Part shown: piece after piece, positions 62,602 to 64,000 of the stretch
Numbering within the stretch: position 1 is the stretch's first letter
Layout: each line of letters begins with the position of its first letter
Assembly: GCA_051294905.1 (NCBI GenBank)
Contig: CM119372.1
Coordinates: forward strand, 930,001 to 994,000
Source: Botryllus schlosseri
Taxonomy: Eukaryota
Direction: 5' to 3'
DNA length: 64,000 nt
Translations under genes and position numbers: made by a program
The notes under the pieces: generated by a model
The model's database searches: none
The model's input: only the letters and a program-made list of their open reading frames with translations
Told to the model about the DNA's origin: nothing

Positions 62602-64000
62602 CGAGTTATCGAATGATTTTTTCCTTACATCAAAACAACTAGAGTGTGTAACTACATTAAAAAACGTATCTAAATGAGCTCCAGGGCATTGTGATTATGC
62701 AGCATACCAAATTTCATCACACATTGCATGATGGAACAACTTTAAAACTAACGCAGTTCTATAGCAACTTTTGCCTAAATCTGTTTTCGCTAGCGTGTAC
62801 ATATACATAGTCAGCTTTAATAACAGAATTATCATGCTAATATGTGACTCCTCACCCTGAAACTTGGTACGTAGTTGTAGGACACTGGCATTTTACTTAT
62901 TCTAGACATGCAAAAATAAATCATGCAGGTATTAGTATTAAGCTCTACTCAGTAAACTGCGATCTGAAATAAGTCGTAGGGATGGTACCACAAAAAATAA
63001 CTATTCATCGTTTTGTATGGCCACATATTGTAGTGTTGCGACATAGAGCGGGCGCATCAGTGCAAGTTTTGAAAGCTGGAAAAGATACGCTCGTATTATT
63101 TGATTCGGATATTAATCCTGTGGAATCTCAAGTTATTCGTAGTCATTGGAAGGATAATTGCATCATAGATGTGCAGGAAAAAGAGATCTTTCGATTTGTG
63201 GGTGTCGTCAATATTCAACGAAAATCCGGCCATATAATTGTGCGCGGGTCCCATTGTTGAAATTGAATTGATCAGCGTGACGTTTTACATACTGCGCTGT
63301 ATCGAAAGCATCAATGCCAGTTGAATATCGTCGAATGACTGTCTATAATGTTAATGACATACAAGAGTCCTAGTTATCTAAGCTGTGGATTTGCATAGCT
63401 GCTTGTCGATATATATGGATACAAGAATGGAACTCGTGAAGCGACATCGAAACATCAAGCGATCTGGAGGATTTCAGCAAGTGAATCGATGCAATGACGC
63501 ACAATGATATCATTGATATATTATGCTCTTTTTCGAAATAAATGAACTCGTACACTATGCAATGCTATTTCAATCAGACTGATTAAGTATCAGCTAAAGT
63601 ATAAGACACGAAAAAAGCTCGGCACTGAATCGTTATATTATGGGAATCGATTCGACTTCTCGGAATCGTAATTAAATGAATGTATCGACAGACAACAAGT
63701 TAGTTGAAAAGTAAAACTAAGCACCAACGAATATCCGTGAAAGGGTTGTAATCTCGGTGAAATAGTGTGCGACACATTTTTCCACAAGTCGAATGCATGT
63801 CGGTTCATACTAAGACCATGTTACGGCCAAATATGTGTGTTTTTCTGTCTCCAAGTCAGCTACCCCCACATTGAATGTACAGAGTCGGTGCATGTATGAG
63901 ACTTCAGAACATTTGAAAGTTATGCAAATTCCAGGATCCTCATTTTCAAAGTAGCTTAGATCTCGAAATAAGCTCTGACTCGCTATTTTCCTCAAAGCAT

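Noticed and set aside
62982..63260. 92-aa plus-strand ORF as a gene
   Set aside because: No recognisable domain or splice context; probably a chance or antisense ORF.

Overview
AT-rich, intron-containing eukaryotic DNA, densely filled with transposable elements. An invertebrate chordate such as an ascidian is inferred from the gene types but not proven. Three protein-coding loci can be spliced by hand with GT-AG introns and matching phases. (1) An acid-sensing ion channel (ASIC, DEG/ENaC) locus on the minus strand, present as TWO homologous multi-exon N-terminal cassettes (28688-23634 and 9366-<1). The upstream cassette stops with a phase-0 donor exactly where vertebrate ASIC1a/1b and ASIC2a/2b join their shared exons, and no C-terminal exons were found between the cassettes. 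The best reading is one gene with alternative N-termini spliced to common exons left of the window. (2) A 4-exon, 348-aa four-transmembrane protein with a LAPTM/DUF4728-like start to TM1 and a long Lys-rich N-terminus (+, 38538-46090). (3) An 11-exon, 395-aa class A peptide GPCR resembling RXFP3/4 and angiotensin/apelin receptors (-, 57436-50026), with DRM, D3.35 and H7.45 variants. Mobile DNA includes hAT-type non-autonomous elements with 8-bp TSDs (one three-level nest and a 618-bp foldback), tRNA-derived SINEs with TSDs, LINE fragments, and Penelope-like fragments. The consensus of the Penelope copies rebuilds a minimal type I hammerhead ribozyme. All calls come from reading the sequence by eye; no searches were run.
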